From positions 118,296,001 through 118,360,000 of the forward strand of contig NC_042998.1 in assembly GCF_006345805.1 (NCBI RefSeq): 64,000 bases of DNA, in the 5' to 3' direction. Shown in pieces: positions 41,731-54,528 of this stretch (its first letter is position 1; each line of letters begins with the position of its first letter). Source of the DNA: Octopus sinensis. Lineage: Eukaryota. A model generated the notes under the pieces. The model ran no database searches and was not told the DNA's origin. It saw only the letters and a program-made list of their open reading frames with translations. The position numbers were made by a program, and so were the translations under genes.

Positions 41731-44700
41731 ATGGATTACATTTATGTTGGTTGTTTGAATGTGCGCGGCCTGGGAGCAGACTGGAAGCAAGGTCGCTTCC
41801 TGCATGATATCAGGTCGCGTAATTTAGATGTTATTGTTGCTACAGAAACCCGGTTAGAGGGGCCAAGAGGTCTACTCCCGCTGTTTGACGGCTACGAGAG
41901 TTTTTTCTCTCCTGGCAGTCCTACAGGCGGGAGTGGGGTGTTGGTCCTATTAAAAGAAACCGGGTTCTGAGAAAAAGTTAATTTTTGCAGATCCAGAAGG
42001 TAGGCTGGTCGTCATGGATTTGACGTTCAGTAACGGTAAAGTTATCAGACTGGTTGCAATTTACGCACCCAACCATACAGGGCAAAGTGATTATTTTCGT
42101 GAACTAGAAAACTTCTTGGTACTTCGCATTCATTAGTGGTGCTAGGAGACTTTAACACAATTGCAAAGCGGATGTAGATTATGTTGGCTCGTGTCCAGAT
42201 AGAGAAAAGGCAACAGTGGCTTCATGGAACTGCTAAGCCGCTTTTGAGCTAGCAGATCCTTATAGGCTGGAATTTCCGAACGCTCCATTGTGGACATGGT
42301 CAAACAGCGACGGATCTTCCAGGTCATATTTAGATAGAATACTAATTAGAAAAGTAGACAGTAAAATAGCTAAGTGTCCACAGTTTTTCCCGATCAGCTA
42401 CAGTGATCATAAAATGGTCACTTGTAAGCTTGACATAGATAAGGTTAAAAATAGAGGATCCGGTTACTGGAAACTTAATACGTCCCTTTTGGCGACTAAG
42501 GAGTACAAAGACCGGATTAGGAATATAATTCAGAGGGCACTATCTGGTACCATCATTAATAACAAATGGTGGTACGCCCTCAAACGAGCCATCAAGTTTG
42601 AGTCTATTAGATATAGCATAGGAGTAGTGGCTAGAGAGGCTAGAAGGGAAACTACTCTAGTTAAGGAATTAGAGGAAGCCATGAAAACTGGCTCTGCGGC
42701 TCAGGTGGCGTCCAAGAGACTGGTGTTAAACCAGCACCTCGAGGCCAAACACATGGGCTGCATTGTCAGGGCTAGAATCCGCCATATGGGATGTGAAGGA
42801 ATCAACGCCGTGAGATGGGCCGAGTGGTGGAAGCTCGGCATGGTAACGATGCCACGATTCGATCTTTGACGAACCAACAAGGTGAGTTGATAAACGAACC
42901 CGAGGAGATGTGTGAGGCCTTTCAGGAGCACTTCGCTCAGCTTTTCGGTGAGTGAGTGCGGCGGACTGGATAGGAGGAGGGCCTTTACGGACCTACTCGA
43001 CGGGCTGCCGCGCTTATCGGGGCGAGATGCGGAGGGTTGTGAAGGGCCAATCACGCCTGAGGAGAGGTGGTTGAGGCAATGGCGGACTGCGGCGCGGGCA
43101 AGGCGCCGGGTTTGGATGGTCTACCCTATGAGTTATATAAGAGTATGCCAGACTTGTTCGGGCACCTACTGGCGGAGGTCTATGCGAACTGGCAGCAGAA
43201 CGGGCTTATACCCAGATCTGTGCGCCGGGGAGTAGTGACTCTCGTCAGAAAGGACCCGAGCAAGGGGGAGTGCATTGATAATTTCAGGCCCATCACTCTG
43301 CTAAACACAGAGTTGAAGATTTTGGCCAAGTGTTATCGAAAAGATTGGCGCGTGTCGCGGATGGTCTGATCGGAGAGGCACAGACATGTGCCGTTCCGGG
43401 CAGATCCATTCAGGATAATCTCCATCTAATGCGGTACACTATAGAGGGGTTTAATAGTGATTCTGGCAAGGGTGGGGCACTGGTCCATTTAGACCAATCT
43501 AAAGCTTTTGATAGGGTCGACCATCGTTACCTGGTGTCTGCCCTGGCACAGTTCGGGCTGAGCCTTGGCTTCCTCAGGTGGATTATCCAAATTTATGATA
43601 ACATCGACTCGGTAGTTGGGGGTGAACGGCTTCTTGTCGAAGCCGTTCAAAATCAAACGCTCGGTTCGTCAAGGGTGTCCGCTCTCCCCGCTTTTGTACG
43701 TGATGACTCTTGAGCCATTACTGCGAAAACTGAGCGGCATCCCGAGACAGCCAGGTAATGGAAAATCAGTGTCAGCGTACGCGGATGACATCACCATCAT
43801 CGTAACCGAAATGGACCACCTATGTAAAGTAGGCAAGGCCATAGAGGTTTACGAGACGGTGACAGGAGCAAAAGTTAATCGCGAAAAGTCAGTCGGCTTG
43901 CAACTCGGCACCTGGAGAGGCAAGTCGATGCCTCCTGACAGCGTCGTGGGACGTTGGACGGAGGGTCCGATTAAACTGCTAGGGGTCTGGTTCGGTCCAG
44001 ACCTCCAAATAGAGAAGAATTGGGGCGAGGTAACGAGCAAGGTGGCTGCAGTAGCCAAGACCTGGTCTTGGCGGTGGCTATCCTGAAAGGGAGGGCGGAG
44101 GTGGCCAATGTGTTTATCGCATCGGTTATCACCTACCGCCTTTCCGTCGTTCCTTGCCCTGATTCGTGGTTGATCAAGTTGGAAAGACAGCTCTTCTACT
44201 TCTTGTGGAAGGGCGGGAAACCACTTGTGAAACGCTCTACTTGCTGTCAACAACCGTTAAAGGGTGGGCTAGGGATGCCTTGGCTGATGATGCGCAGACA
44301 TGCGCTGAGGTTAAGACATCTGTGGCTCTACCTGGATGGTGAACGGGTGTGGTCTTCGCTAGCAAAACTGATGTTTCCCAAGTTCACTAGTTTCGGTGGA
44401 TGGGAAACCTGGCTGAATCGTAGATCGAAACTTGGTACTTGGTACACGGAGTGTCGCAAGGCTCTCCTGCTATTCGTCGCTCGGGAATTCTCTATAGAGG
44501 GTTGGTAGAGGCGGAATGTGAAGATACCTTGGGGGAAACCCTAGGTCTCGACGATAATCAGCTGGCCAGTCTGTTCCGACGTACGTTCGAGCGAGGACAC
44601 TGGACAACTTCCAGAAGTCTCTGGCATGGCAATGCTACAGAGGAGCTCTACCTGTTCGGGATAAACTCGCAAGGCACGGTGGCCAAGACAGTCCGATATG

Positions 44701-45100
44701 TCCAAGATGCGGGCGGGATAGGGAAACCGTCCCGCACGCTATTGTTCATTGTCCGGACGTGTCTGAGGTGTGGGTTTATGCCGAACACCTGTTGTCAGGT
44801 ACACGAAGAGTACAGCTGTCGACTGAGTCGATTACAAAAATTGACCCCACGGATTTCCTCGTGAATGAAGGTAAGTTTCGTTTTCTCGTTGTAGTAGCAA
44901 TTGCGAAAGAGGTGATATGGAAGACGAGAATGAAAGGTTTACAGTCAGGCAAGTTCATCTCCGGCCCTGGTTTGATGAATTATTTCATCTTCCACCTGAA
45001 AAGGAAGATAGGGCTGGAGAGAATATGCCTGACTAGGAGAGTGTATGAACAAGGATGGAAGGATGTAGCACGAAAGTTGCGAGTGAAAGATACAACATAA
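41731..45100 (+). pseudogene. Family B ORF2 (AP endonuclease, RT, C-terminal Zn motif), multiple frameshifts
   Basis: Motifs LNVRGL, ATETR, GDFN, SDH, KAPGLDG, DQSKAFDRVDH, RQGCPLSP and YADD. Carries a ~27-bp deletion near 44486 relative to copy 2. Confidence 0.85.
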
Positions 45101-45351
45101 ATGTAATACCAAGCGCAACCAAAAGTATCAGTGGGGAGGCGGGGCTCGTGGGGTCCGAGCTAAACCCGCACCCACTCCACCCGTAATGTCTTCCGGTCTG
45201 TCCCATCATTCGATTTCTGTCCATTTATTGTAATTCATGAAAATTTTTAAATCCGATTTATTGTAAAAACCCATTCGTTTGTCTGACTCAGATTGTATTG
45301 TCCCATCTATGTTCGCCCCTTGTGGGTAATAATAAAATCACATGGAGGAAA

Positions 45352-47290
45352 TTTACCCACGTGTGTTGTGAGTTATTTTTGCATGTGAAACTTTGGAAAA
45401 AAACTGTTAAAAATTGTCAAAAAAATTGAATCGCGCGAGGCGTTTGCCGCTGCGTGTTTGAACCTTTTATAGAAGGTGTGTCGACCCTCAAGTCATGGAG
45501 ACTTACGCGGGGGTCGCCACAACAAAAAGTGACGAGTCACTTAGAATAAAAGCAGTGTTCTTTAGAAAAGAACAATTGAAGGAATACGAGAAGTCGTCGT
45601 CAAAAGGGAGGGTGACAGCGTGAAGCTGGTCCCGCCTGTGGAAACAATAGAAGAAAAAAATAACAAGACGACGATAACGTATAGAACGCAAGATAGAATC
45701 ACGAGAAAACTGGTGAGAGTGACGATTGAAGAAATAGAGAAATGTCTGGGGGACATCATGAAAAAAGCGACTTTTGTAGACAGAGGAGAGAAAGAAAGAA
45801 ATATGGTACGGTGGAGGTGAGATGCGCAACAAAGGAAGTGGCGGCCTCATTGGCTTCCACTGTCCTGAAAGCGGAAAATTTCACCATGTGGCCGACGTAT
45901 AAAGGAAGACGAGGGGTACGGGTAAGAGTCCCAAAGGTGCCCCCAAATATTAAAACAGAAATGCTGGGTAACAGCCATTATTGGGGCAGCAAAAAGAGGA
46001 AGTAGAAATAGGGTCAATTAAGGAGACGAACGTTGTAAATTGGAAGGGATTTGGAGTAGAGTTGTGGCTGATGGCCACAATTGAAGACATCGAAAGATTT
46101 CCCTTCAAAATAGAAATAGAAAACGAAAACACAATTAGTGTAATAGGGAAGGCAGAAAACCGAATTGCTACCTGTGCGGTTCAAGAGGGCACATAAAAAA
46201 GAAATGTCCGCTGTATGAATTCACAGCGGAGCAAAAGAGACACAAGTGGAGAGAAGGAAAACGAACACGAAGGAAAAGAACAGCGAAAACAAGGGAAAGG
46301 AAATAACGGAGAAACAACAAGAGAAGGGAAGTAACAGCGTACTGAAGGAAAATGAAAACAAAAGGGAAGAAGATAGTAGAAAAGGAGCAAAATTCACAGG
46401 GTGCAGAAGTAGAGGAGAAGGAGCCAAGGCAGAAGCAAGAGAAAGAAAAGGAAAGTACATTAAAGGAAAGAGAAAAAGCAGGAAAAAAACAAGAGAAGGA
46501 ACAGAACCAAGAGAAAGGAAAAGATGGTATGCAAAAAGGAAAAGAAACAACAGGAAAGGAACTTAAGGCACAGGGTAGAGAGACGGCAGACAAAGAGCCA
46601 AAAAGACAAGAGAAGGAAAAAGAAAGAAGAGAAAGCAAAAAGAGAGAGAAAGAGAGAAACCGAGGGAGGAGAAAAAAAAGAGGAAGTAAGTCCTAAGAGA
46701 AAAACTAGAGAAAACGCAGGTACGAATAGAAAATTCAAATACTATGGAACGTTGATCCATCACAAGCACTGTGAGGAGATGGAAAATTTAATAAGCGAAA
46801 CAAACGGATATACGTGGGTCAGGATGGGCACCGAATGAAAGAAACAGGTGCACTCGTCCACGAGACCGACGCCGAGGCGTTCATCGAGGCAGCTGGCGAG
46901 AACGTGTTAAAACATATGAAATGCCGACTTCCAAGGTGGCCTCGAACGATGGAAGTTTACTCAGATTTGGTAGACATAATGGAGTATATATAAAGAAAAG
47001 GTATTGTGAAAACTTTAATTTGGAAATGAAAAAGAACTTTAAATTCGGAAAAAAAAAAAAAAAAAGAAATGTGAACTTTGTAAAACTTTTTGAAATGTAT
47101 GTTGAAAATGTATAAAATGTTTTATTTGAAAATATTGTTGACGAATAAAAAATAAATGACGAAATGTAACCGCTCGATTACGGGGATCGAGTGGGCATTG
47201 CACCACATTGTACAAACTTCATAATTCATTATTCATTTTCCCGATTGTATTGTCCCATCTATGTAGCCCCTAGTGGGTAAATAATACAAC
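45352..47290 (+). mobile_element. ORF1-only element, family A, copy 2 (ORF1 about 45495-46993)
   Basis: Near-identical to the other A copies. Confidence 0.9.
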
Positions 47291-47301
47291 ACAGGAGGAA
47301 A

Positions 47302-48994
47302 TTTACCCACGTGTGTTGTGGGAGTTATTTTTTGCATGTGAAACTTTGGAAAAAAACTGTTAAAAAATTGTCAAAAATTGAATCGCGCGAGGCGTTTGCC
47401 GCTGCGTGTTTGAACCTTTTATAGAAGGTGTGTCGAACCTCAAGTCATGGAGACTTACGCGGGGTCGCCACAACAAAAAGTGACGAGTCACTTAGAATAA
47501 AAGAAGTGTCTTTAGAAAAGAACAATTGAAGGAATACGAGAAGTTCGTCAAAAGGGAGGGTGACAGCGTGAAGCTGGTCCCGCCTGTGGAAACAATAGAA
47601 GAAAAAATAACAAGACGATAAACGTATAGAACGCAAGATAGAAACACGAGAAAACTGGTGAGAGTGACGATTGAAGAAATAGAGAAATGTCTGGGGGACA
47701 TCATGAAAAAGCGACTTTGTAGACAGAGGAAAGAAATATGGTACGGTGGAGGTGAGATGCGCAACAAAGGAAGTGGCGGCCTCATTGGCTTCCACTGTCC
47801 TGAAAGCGGAAAATTCACCATGTGGCCGACATATAAAGGAAGACGAGGGGTACGGGTAAGAGTCCCAAAGGTGCCCCCAATATTAAAAACAGAAATGCTG
47901 GTAACAGCCATTATTGGGGCAGCAAAAGAGGAAGTAGAAATAGGGTCAATTAAGGAGACGAACGTTTTGTAAATGGAAGGGATTCGGAGTAGAGTTGTGG
48001 CTGATGGCCACAATGGAAGACATCGAAAGATTTCCCTTCCAAATAGAAATAGAAAACGAAAAAACAATTAGTGTAATAGGGGAAGGCAGAAAACCGAATT
48101 GCTACCTGTGCGGTTCAAGAGGGCACATAAAAAAGGAATGTCCGCTGTATGAATTCACAGCAAAAAAAAAAAGAGACACAAAGTGGAGAGAAGGAAAACA
48201 AACACGAAGAAAGAAAAGAACAGCGAAAACAAGGAAAAGGAAATAACGGAGAAGAACAAACAACAGAGAAGGGAAGTAGTAAAGGCGTACTGAAGGGAAA
48301 ATGAAAAACAAAGGGAAGAAGATAGTAGAAAAGGAGCAAAATTCACAGGGTGCAGAAGTAGAGGAGAAGGAGCCAAGACAGAAGCAAGAGAAAGAAAGGA
48401 AAGTACATTAAAGGAAAGAGAAAAAGCAGGAAAAGAACAAGAGAAGGAACAGAACCAAGAGAAAGGAAAAGATGGTATGCAAAAGGAAAAGAAACAACAG
48501 GAAAGGAACTTAAGGCACAGGGTAGAGAGACGGCAGACAAAGAGCCAAAAAGACAAGAGAAGGAAAAAGAAAGAAGAGAAAGCAAAAAGAGAGAAAGAGA
48601 GAAACCGAGGGAGGAGAAAAAAGAGGAAGTAAGTCCTAAGAGAAAAACTAGAGAAAACGCAGGTACGAATAGAAAATTCAAATACTATGGAACGTTGATC
48701 CATCACAAGCACTGTGAGGAGATGGAAAATTTAATAAGCGAAACAAACGGATATACGTGGGTCAGGATGGGCACCGAATGGAAAGAAACAGGTGCACTCG
48801 TCCACGAGAACGACGCCGAGGCGTTCATCGAGGCAGCTGGCGAGAACGTGTTTAAAAATATGAAATGCCGACTTCCAAGGTGGCCTCGAACGATGGAAAT
48901 TTACTCAGATTTGGTAGACATAATGGAGTATATATAAAAGAAAAGGTATTGTGAAAACTTTAATTTGGAAATGATAAAAGAACTTTAAATTCGG

Positions 48995-49027
<33 letters not shown>

Positions 49028-49250
49028 AATGTTGAACTTTGTAAAACTTTTTGAAATGTATGTTGAAAATGTATAAAATGTTTTATTTGAAAATATTGTT
49101 GACGAATGAAAATAAATGACGAAATGTAACCGCTCGATTACGGGGATCGAGTGGGCATTGCACCACATTGTACAAACTTCATAATTCATTATTCATTTTC
49201 CCGATTGTATTGTCCCATCTATGTAGCCCCTAGTGGGTAATAATAAAACA
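47302..49250 (+). mobile_element. ORF1-only element, family A, copy 3 (ORF1 about 47447-48937)
   Basis: Near-identical to the other A copies. Confidence 0.9.
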
Positions 49251-49481
49251 AGATGGAGGAAATCTATTTTTTGCGTTATTAGTAAGTTGATATATATTTT
49301 TGCTCTCGTACTATTATCTCTGTTATTATATACTGTTGGTCTACCTGTTTTTGTCTATTGTTGTCTAACGGACGAAGTCAGCCTTCGCGCGAAGACTTCG
49401 CGTTGGTGTTCCCCCATCAGTGGGGGAAAACTACAATTAATTTGGATTTACCAAAGGCTTGTTATAAGCCATTTGTTCAAG

Positions 49482-50868
49482 ATGGAGTCCCCCATCACTT
49501 ATTCGCCCGTGACGAGCGAGGATGAATACCCGGCGTTGTCGCCAAGTAAAAAAGAGGCGTTGTCGCCAAGAAAAAAAGAGGCGCTGTCGCCGAAGAAAAA
49601 AGAGGCGGCGTCGCCCAAGAAAATGGAAAAACCAGTACCAGCATCAACTCCAGCAAAAAAATTCGCTGAAGTGGCTGGGAAAAAGATCAAAAAAATAAAT
49701 ATAGACAATTTTAAAAATTTGCAGACTGCGTAAAAAAAGAAGGCACAGAAGTGACTGTGGCCACAAACATACAAATACATGACGATATAGAGAAAAAAAG
49801 AATAATATATAAAAACTAACGACACAACGAAAAAAATGATCCAAAAAATAGAAGAAAAAAAAAATAGAGTCTTGTCTAAAACCGTTTATGGACAAAATAA
49901 CGTATATAAACAGAGGAAAAAGATACGGCACAGTGGAGGTGCGTTTTACTACGGAGGATATAGCGAAGAAGAAAACTATCGATGGAGCCGATCAAAGCGG
50001 AAAACATTGTCTTACTACCATTGTATAAAGGAAAAAAGGACGTCAAAAATTTCAATGAACAACATACCGCCAGAGGCTGATGCTGAATGTCTGGTGGCAG
50101 CAGTGATGGTAGGTCTGGAGGAAAAAATAAACATCCTCCAGGCCACAGTGGAGGAAGAGGATTTTTGGAAAGGCCAAAAAATAGTGATAGCCATTCAGGC
50201 GGAGGTGCAAACACTGGAAGAAATTCCAGAAACGGTAAAGATTAGTGAAGACGAGAAAAATAACAGTGTTCGTGGAGGGCAGGAAACCGAGGTGCTTCGG
50301 CTGCGGCAAGAAGGGGCATGTAAGGGCGGAATGCCAACCCCAACCCAAACCGCAGGAAGCACCTAAGCCAAAAGAAAAAGAAGACAATGTGTCACCAGAA
50401 GCAGCGTCAGACGGCCCAGAAGGGAAGACTGAAGGTGTGGAGGTGACGGTGACAGCAGAACCAGCGGCGGAAAAAAAAAAGAGCGAGGAAAAGATAAATG
50501 AGGAGGGGTGGGAAAAAAATTATCGGGAAAAAAAAAAAAAAAGAAAAAAACGGAAACCACCCCTCCCAGAGTAATTTTAAAAAAGAAAAAAAGAGTCAAT
50601 GAACTCATATATGGCCGTAAAGGCAGCAAATAGCAGACTCGGAAACGTGTTGGCAGCCATGGCCAAAGTGGAGAAAGTAGAGAAAAAAAACGACTTTGTA
50701 ATTTACAGAATAGGCCGGAATGATTACGGGCGGATAAAGTCAGAATTCTTCCATGATGTAGGCCCACTTAGATTGGATGTGACATCTCCACATATATTCG
50801 AGGCCTACGTCAGACCCCCACGAGGCCCAGAAAAAGAGTTAGAAGAACAAGAGAAACCGAACCACTGA
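49482..50868 (+). CDS. Family B ORF1 (copy 2), frameshifted as assembled
   Basis: Same motifs as copy 1. Confidence 0.75.
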
Positions 50869-50881
50869 TATAAGGTAAGTA

Positions 50882-53800
50882 ATGGATTACTTTATGTTGG
50901 TTGTTTGAATGTGCGCGGCCTGGGAGCAGGCTGGAGAAGCAAGGTCGCTTCCTGCATGACATCAGGTCGCGTAATTTAGATGTTATTGTTGCTACAGAAA
51001 CCCGGTTAGAGGGGCCAAGAGGTCTACTCCCGCTGTTTGACGGCTACGAGAGTTTTTTTCTCTCCTGGCAGTCCTACAGGCGGGGAGTGGGGTGTTGGTC
51101 CTATAAAAAGAAACCGGGTTTCTGAGAAAAAGTTAATTTTTGCAGATCCAGAAGGTAGGCTGGTCGTCATGGATTGACGTTCAGTAATGGTAAAGTTATC
51201 AGACTGGTTGCAATTTACGCACCCAACCATACAGGCAAAGTGATTATTTTCGTGAACTAGAAAACTTTCTTGGTACTTCGCATTCATTAGTGGTGCTAGG
51301 AGACTTTAACACAATTTGCAAAGCGGATGTAGATTATGTTGGCTCGTGTCCAGATACAAAAGGCAACAGTGGCTTCATGGAACTGCTAAGCCGCTTTGAG
51401 CTAGCAGATCCTTATAGGCTGGAATTTCCGAACGCTCCATTGTGGACATGGTCAAACAGCGACGGATCTTCCAGGTCATATTTAGATAGAATACTAATTA
51501 GAAAAGTAGACAGTAAAATAGCTAAGTGTCCACAGTTTTACCCGATCAGCTACAGTGATCATAAAATGGTCACTTGTAAGCTTGACATAGATAAGGTTAA
51601 AAATAGAGGATCCGGTTACTGGGAACTTAATACGTCCCTTTTGGCGATTAAGGAGTACAAAGTCCGGATTAGGAATATAATTCAGAGGGCACTATCTGGT
51701 ACCATCATTAATAACAAATGGTGGTACGCCCTCAAACGAGCCATCAAGTTTGAGTCTATTAGATATAGCATAGGAGTAGTGGCTATAGAGGCTAGAAGGG
51801 AAACTACTCTAGTTAAGGAATTAGAGGAAGCCATGAAAACTGGCTCTGCGGCTCAGGTGGCGTCCAAGAGACTGGTGTTAAACCAGCACCTCGAGGCCAA
51901 ACACATGGGCTGCATTGTCAGGGCTAGAATCCGTCATATGGGATGTGAAGGAATCAACGCCGTGAGATGGGCCCGAGTGGTGGAAGCTCAGCGTGGTAAC
52001 GATGCCACGATTCGATCTTTGACGAACCAACAAGGTGAGTTGATAAACGAACCCGAGGAGATGTGTGAGGCCTTTCAGGAGCACTTCGCTCAGCTTTTCG
52101 GTGAGTGCGGCGGACTGGATAGGAGGAGGGCCTTTACGGACCTACTCGACGGGCTGCCGCGCTTATCGGGGCGAGATGCGGAGGGTTGTGAAGGGCCAAT
52201 CACGCCTGAGGAGGTGGTTGAGGCAATGGTGGACTGCGGCGCGGGCAAGGCGCCGGGTTTGGATGGTCTACCCTATGAGTTATATAAGAGTATGCCAGAC
52301 TTGTTCGGGCACCTACTGGCGGAGGTCTATGCGAACTGGCAGCAGAACGGGCTTATACCCAGATCTGTGCGCCGGGGAGTAGTGACTCTCGTCAGAAAGG
52401 ACCCGAGCAAGGGGGAGTGCATTGATAATTTCAGGCCCATCACTCTGCTAAACACAGAGTTGAAGATTTTGGCCAAAGTGTTATCGAAAAGATTGGCGCG
52501 TGTCGCGGATGGTCTGATCGGAGAGGCACAGACATGTGCCGTTCCGGGCAGATCCATTCAGGATAATCTCCATCTAATGCGGTACACTATAGAGGGGTTT
52601 AATAGTGATTCTGGCAAGGGTGGGGCACTGGTCCATTTAGACCAATCTAAAGCTTTTGATAGGGTCGACCATCGTTACCTGGTGTCTGCCCTGGCACAGT
52701 TCGGGCTGAGCCTTGGCTTCCTCAGGTGGATTATCCAAATTTATGATAACATCGACTCGGTAGTTGGGGTGAACGGCTTCTTGTCGAAGCCGTTCAAAAT
52801 CAAACGCTCGGTTCGTCAAGGGTGTCCGCTCTCCCCGCTTTTGTACGTGATGACTCTTGAGCCATTACTGCGAAAACTGAGCGGCATCCCGAGACAGCCA
52901 GGTAATGGAAAATCAGTGTCAGCGTACGCGGATGACATCACCATCATCGTAACCGAAATGGACCACCTATGTAAAGTATGCAAGGCCATAGAGGTTTACG
53001 AGACGGTGACAGGAGCAAAAGTTAATCGCGAAAAGTCAGTCGGCTTGCAACTCGGCACCTGGAGAGGCAAGTCGATGCCTCCTGACAGCGTCGTGGGACG
53101 TTGGACGGAGGGTCCGATTAAACTGCTAGGGGTCTGGTTCGGTCCAGACCTCCAAATAGAGAAGAATTGGGCGAAGGTTGGGGCGAGGTAACGAGCAAGG
53201 TGGCTGCAGTAGCCAAGACCTGGTCTTGGCGGTGGCTATCCCTGAAAGGGAGGGCGGAGGTGGCCAATGTGTTTATCGCATCGGTTATCACCTACCGCCT
53301 TTCCGTCGTTCCTTGCCCTGACTCGTGGTTGATCAAGTGGAAAGACAGCTCTTCTACTTCTTGTGGAAGGGCGGGAAACCACTTGTGAAACGCTCTACTT
53401 GCTGTCAACAACCGTTAAAGGGTGGGCTAGGGATGCCTTGGCTGATGATGCGCAGACATGCGCTGAGGTTAAGACATCTGTGGCTCTACCTGGATGGTGA
53501 ACGGGTGTGGTCTTCGCTAGCAAAACTGATGTTTCCCAAGTTCACTAGTTTCGGTGGATGGGAAACCTGGCTGAATCGTAGATCGAAACTTGGTACTTGG
53601 TACACGGAGTGTCGCAAGGCTCTCCTGCTATTCCGTCGCTCGGGCAACGCCTGCGGTGGGGGTTCCACCACATTCCTCTATAGAGGGTTGGTAGAGGCGG
53701 AATGTGAAGATACCTTGGGGGAAACCCTAGGTCTCGACGATAATCAGCTGGCCAGTCTGTTCCGACGTACGTTCGAGCCGAGGACACTGGACAACTTCCA

Positions 53801-54287
53801 GAAGTCTCTGGCATGGCAATGCTACAGAGGAGCTCTACCTGTTCGGGATAAACTCGCAAGGCACGGTGGCCAAGACAGTCCGATATGTCCAAGATGCGGG
53901 CGGGATAGGGAAACCGTCCCGCACGCTATTGTTCATTGTCCGGACGTGTCTGAGGTGTGGGTTTATGCCGAACAGCTGTTGTCAGATACACGAAGAGTAC
54001 AGCTGTCGACTGAGTCGATTACAAAAATTGACCCACCGGATTTCCTCGTGAATGAAGGTAAGTTTCGTTTTCTCGTTGTAGTAGCAATTGCGAAAGAGGT
54101 GATATGGAAGACGAGAATGAAAGGGGTACAGTCAGGCAAGTTCATCTCCGGCCCTGGTTTGATGAATTATTTCATCTTTCACCTGAAAAGGAAGATAGGG
54201 CTGGAGAGAATATGCCTGACTAGGAGAGTGTATGAAGAACGATGGAAGGATGTAGCACGAAAGTTGCGAGTGAAAGATACAACATAA
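50882..54287 (+). CDS. Family B ORF2 (APE-RT-Zn), disrupted as assembled
   Basis: 633-aa open stretch 51290-53191 runs from GDFN to YADD and KLLGVWF. The 320-aa stretch includes CPRCGRDRETVPHAIVHC. An 11-bp duplication at 53167-53188 shifts the frame. Confidence 0.85.
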
Positions 54288-54528
54288 ATGTAATACCAAG
54301 CGCAAACAAAAGTATCAGTGGGGAGGCGGGGCTCGTGGGGTCCGAGCTAAACCCGCACCCACTCCACCCGTAATGTCTTCCGGTCTGTCCCATCATTCGA
54401 TTTCTGTCCATTTATTGTAATTCATGAAAATTTTTAAATCCGATTTATTGTAAAAACCCATTCGTTTGTCTGACCCAGATTGTATTGTCCCATCTATGTT
54501 CGCCCCTTGTGGGTAATAATAAAATCAC

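Larger units (their letters stand above)
40132..45340 (+). mobile_element. Autonomous-type Tx1/L1-clade element, family B, copy 1
   Basis: 5' UTR, ORF1, ORF2 (APE-RT-zinc finger), 3' UTR and shared tail. Confidence 0.92.
49263..54527 (+). mobile_element. Autonomous-type Tx1/L1-clade element, family B, copy 2
   Basis: Same organisation as copy 1, with scattered substitutions between the two. Confidence 0.92.

Noticed and set aside
41720-41733. TAATG stop-start coupling between ORF1 and ORF2 (SART1-like)
   Set aside because: The frame containing that TAA already stops upstream (TAA at 41720), and the other frames also stop earlier.
37209-48712. F/S/L-rich minus-strand ORFs that look like membrane proteins
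   Set aside because: They are antisense shadows of the purine-rich K/E tracts in the ORF1 genes.
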